From assembly GCF_037042905.1 (NCBI RefSeq), contig NC_087251.1, positions 28,956,001-29,020,000 on the forward strand: a DNA stretch of 64,000 nt, given 5' to 3'. Shown piece by piece: positions 61,601 to 64,000 of this stretch. The stretch's first letter is position 1. Each line of letters opens with the position of its first letter. The position numbers and the translations under genes are program-made. The stretch comes from Lytechinus pictus. Taxonomy: Eukaryota. The notes under the pieces were generated by a model. That model did not search any database. It worked only from the letters and a program-made list of their open reading frames with translations, and was not told the DNA's origin.

Positions 61601-64000
61601 AAATAGAGCAAAATAATATTTGTTCAATATTTCCCCCGAAACCCCCCCAAATCAGCCGTCTTCGCTCCCTGGGATGTTTTAGCATCCTAACCGATTATTA
61701 TAGCGAGAATCAAGAGGTTCCAGGGAGTTTGAATTTTCGACCCCCTCGCCCCACCCGCGACATGGAAAATTGGGCAAAATTGGCCAAAATTGAGCAAAAT
61801 AATATTTGTTCAATATTTCCCCCGAAACCCCCCCAAATCAGCCGTCTTCGCTCCCTGGAATGTTTTAGCATCCTTACCGATTATTACAGCGAGAATCCAG
61901 AGGATCCAGAGAGTTTGAATTTTCGACCCCTTCGCCCCACCCACGACATGGAAAATTGGGCAAAATTGGGCAAAATTGAGCAAAATAATATTTGTTCAAT
62001 ATTTCCCCCGAAACCCCCTCAAATCAGCCGTCTTCGCTCCCTGGGATGTTTTAGCATCCTAACCGATTATTACAGCGAGAATCAAGAGAATCAAGAGGAT
62101 CCAGGGAGTTTGAATTTTCGACCCCCTCGCCCCACCCGCGACATGGAAAATTGGGCAAAATTGGCCAAAATTGAGCAAAATAATATTTGTTCAATATTTC
62201 CCCCGAAACCCCCCCAAATCAGCCGTCTTCGCTCCCTTGGATGTTTTAGCATCCTAACCGATTATTACAGCGAGAATCAAGAGGATCCAGGGAGTTTGAA
62301 TTTTCGACCCCCTCGCCCCACCCGCGACATGGAAAATTGGGCAAAATTTGCCAAAATTGAGCAAAATAATATTTGTTCAATATTTCCCCCGAAACCCCCC
62401 GAAATCAGCCGTCTTCGCTCCCTGGAATGTTTTAGCATCCTAACCGATTATTACATCGAGAATCAAGAGGATCCAGGGAGTTTGAATTTTCGACCCCCTC
62501 ACCCCACCCACGACATGGAAAATTGGGCAAAATTGGCCAAATAGAGCAAAATAATATTTGTTCAATATTTCCCCCGAAACCCCCCCAAATCAGCCGTCTT
62601 CGCTCCCTGGGATGTTTTAGCATCCTAACCGATTATTATAGCGAGAATCAAGAGGTTCCAGGGAGTTTGAATTTTCGACCCCCTCGCCCCACCCGCGACA
62701 TGGAAAATTGGGCAAAATTGGCCAAAATTGAGCAAAATAATATTTGTTCAATATTTCCCCCGAAACCCCCCCAAATCAGCCGTCTTCGCTCCCTGGAATG
62801 TTTTAGCATCCTAACCGATTATTACATCGAGAATCAAGAGGATCCAGGGAGTTTGAATTTTCGACCCCCTCACCCCACCCACGACATGGAAAATTGGACA
62901 AAATTGGCCAAAATTGAGCAAAATAATATTTGTTCAATATTTCCCCCGAAACCCCCCCAAATCAGCCGTCTTCACTCCCTGGGATGTTTTAGCATCCTAA
63001 CCGATTATTACAGCGAGAATCATGAGGATCCAGGGAGTTTGAATTTTTGACCCCCTCGCCCCACCCGCGACATGGAAAATTGGGCAAAATTGGCCAAAAT
63101 TGAGCAAAATAATATTTGTTCAATATTTCCCCCGAAACCCCCCCAAATCAGCCGTCTTTGCTCCCTGGAATGTTTTAGCATCCTTACCGATTATTACAGC
63201 GAGAATCCAGAGGATCCAGAGAGTTTGAATTTTCGACCCCTTCGCCCCACCCACGACATGGAAAATTGGGCAAAATTGGGCAAAATTGAGCAAAATAATA
63301 TTTGTTCAATATTTCCCCCGAAACCCCCTCAAATCAGCCGTCTTCGCTCCCTGGGATGTTTTAGCATCCTAACCGATTATTACAGCGAGAATCAAGAGAA
63401 TCAAGAGGATCCAGGGAGTTTGAATTTTCGACCCCCTCGCCCCACCCGCGACATGGAAAATTGGGCAAATTTGGCCAAAATTGAGCAAAATAATATTTGT
63501 TCAATATTTCCCCCGAAACCCCCCCAAATCAGCCGTCTTCGCTCCCTGGGATGTTTTAGCATCCTAACCGATTATTACAGCGAGAATCAAGAGAATCAAG
63601 AGGATCCAGGGAGTTTGAATTTTCGACCCCCTCGCCCCACCCGCGACATGGAAAATTTGGCAAAATTGGGCAAAATTGGCCAAAATTGAGCAAAATAATA
63701 TTTGTTCAATATTCCCCCCGAAACCCCCCCAAATCAGCCGTCTTCGCTCCCTGGGATGTTTTAGCATCCTAACCGATTATTACAGCGAGAATCAAGAGGA
63801 TCCAGGGAGTTTGAATTTTCGACCCCATTGCCCCACCCGCGACATGGAAAACTGGGCAAAATTGGGCAAAATTGAGCAAAATAATATTTGTTTAATATTT
63901 CCCCCGAAACCCCCCCAAATCAGCCGTCTTCGCTCCCTGGGATGTTTTAGCATCCTAACCGATTATTACAGCGAGAATCAACAGGATCCAAGGAGTTTGA
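55603..64000 (+). repeat. 186-bp satellite DNA array (~45 monomers, runs off the window) with higher-order repeats
   Basis: The monomer period is 186 (55934 to 56120), and most monomers contain GGATCC. Length variants come from a 9-bp GAGAATCAA duplication, gain or loss of a 10-bp AAAATTGGNC subrepeat, and a 1-bp deletion. Variant patterns recur at 1310 and 2815 bp. Confidence 0.98.

Noticed and set aside
55640..63767. Long repetitive ORFs (up to 423 aa) in the satellite
   Set aside because: The 186-bp monomer is a multiple of 3 with one stop-free frame. Frequent 1-bp and 10-bp frameshifting variants show no coding constraint.

Overview
Eukaryotic, intron-containing, AT-rich animal DNA. Repeat types hint at an invertebrate deuterostome such as a sea urchin, but this is inference only. 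Three zones. (1) 1-10 kb is the eroded, transposon-laden left edge of a gene array: an internally deleted pseudogene copy, two kinds of MITE, and a 6.1-kb non-autonomous foldback element (TGT...ACA ends, 5-bp TSD) in intron 1 of the first kinase copy. The foldback carries nested insertions, including a SINE whose head resembles the 7SL/Alu domain. (2) About 2-55.5 kb is a head-to-tail macrosatellite of about 4.30-kb and about 3.97-kb units holding 11 near-identical copies of a gene with four coding exons. It encodes a predicted 409-aa, motif-complete, non-RD Ser/Thr kinase with basic N- and C-terminal tails. The 321-aa ORFs in the track are exon 3 plus intron read-through. (3) 55.6-64 kb is a 186-bp satellite with 10-bp-phased A-tracts and 7-mer and 15-mer higher-order structure, joined to the array through a 68-bp templated insertion. 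The best candidates for something undescribed are the kinase-gene macrosatellite abutting a satellite array and the putative 7SL-headed SINE. No database searches were possible, so family assignments come from motif recognition only.
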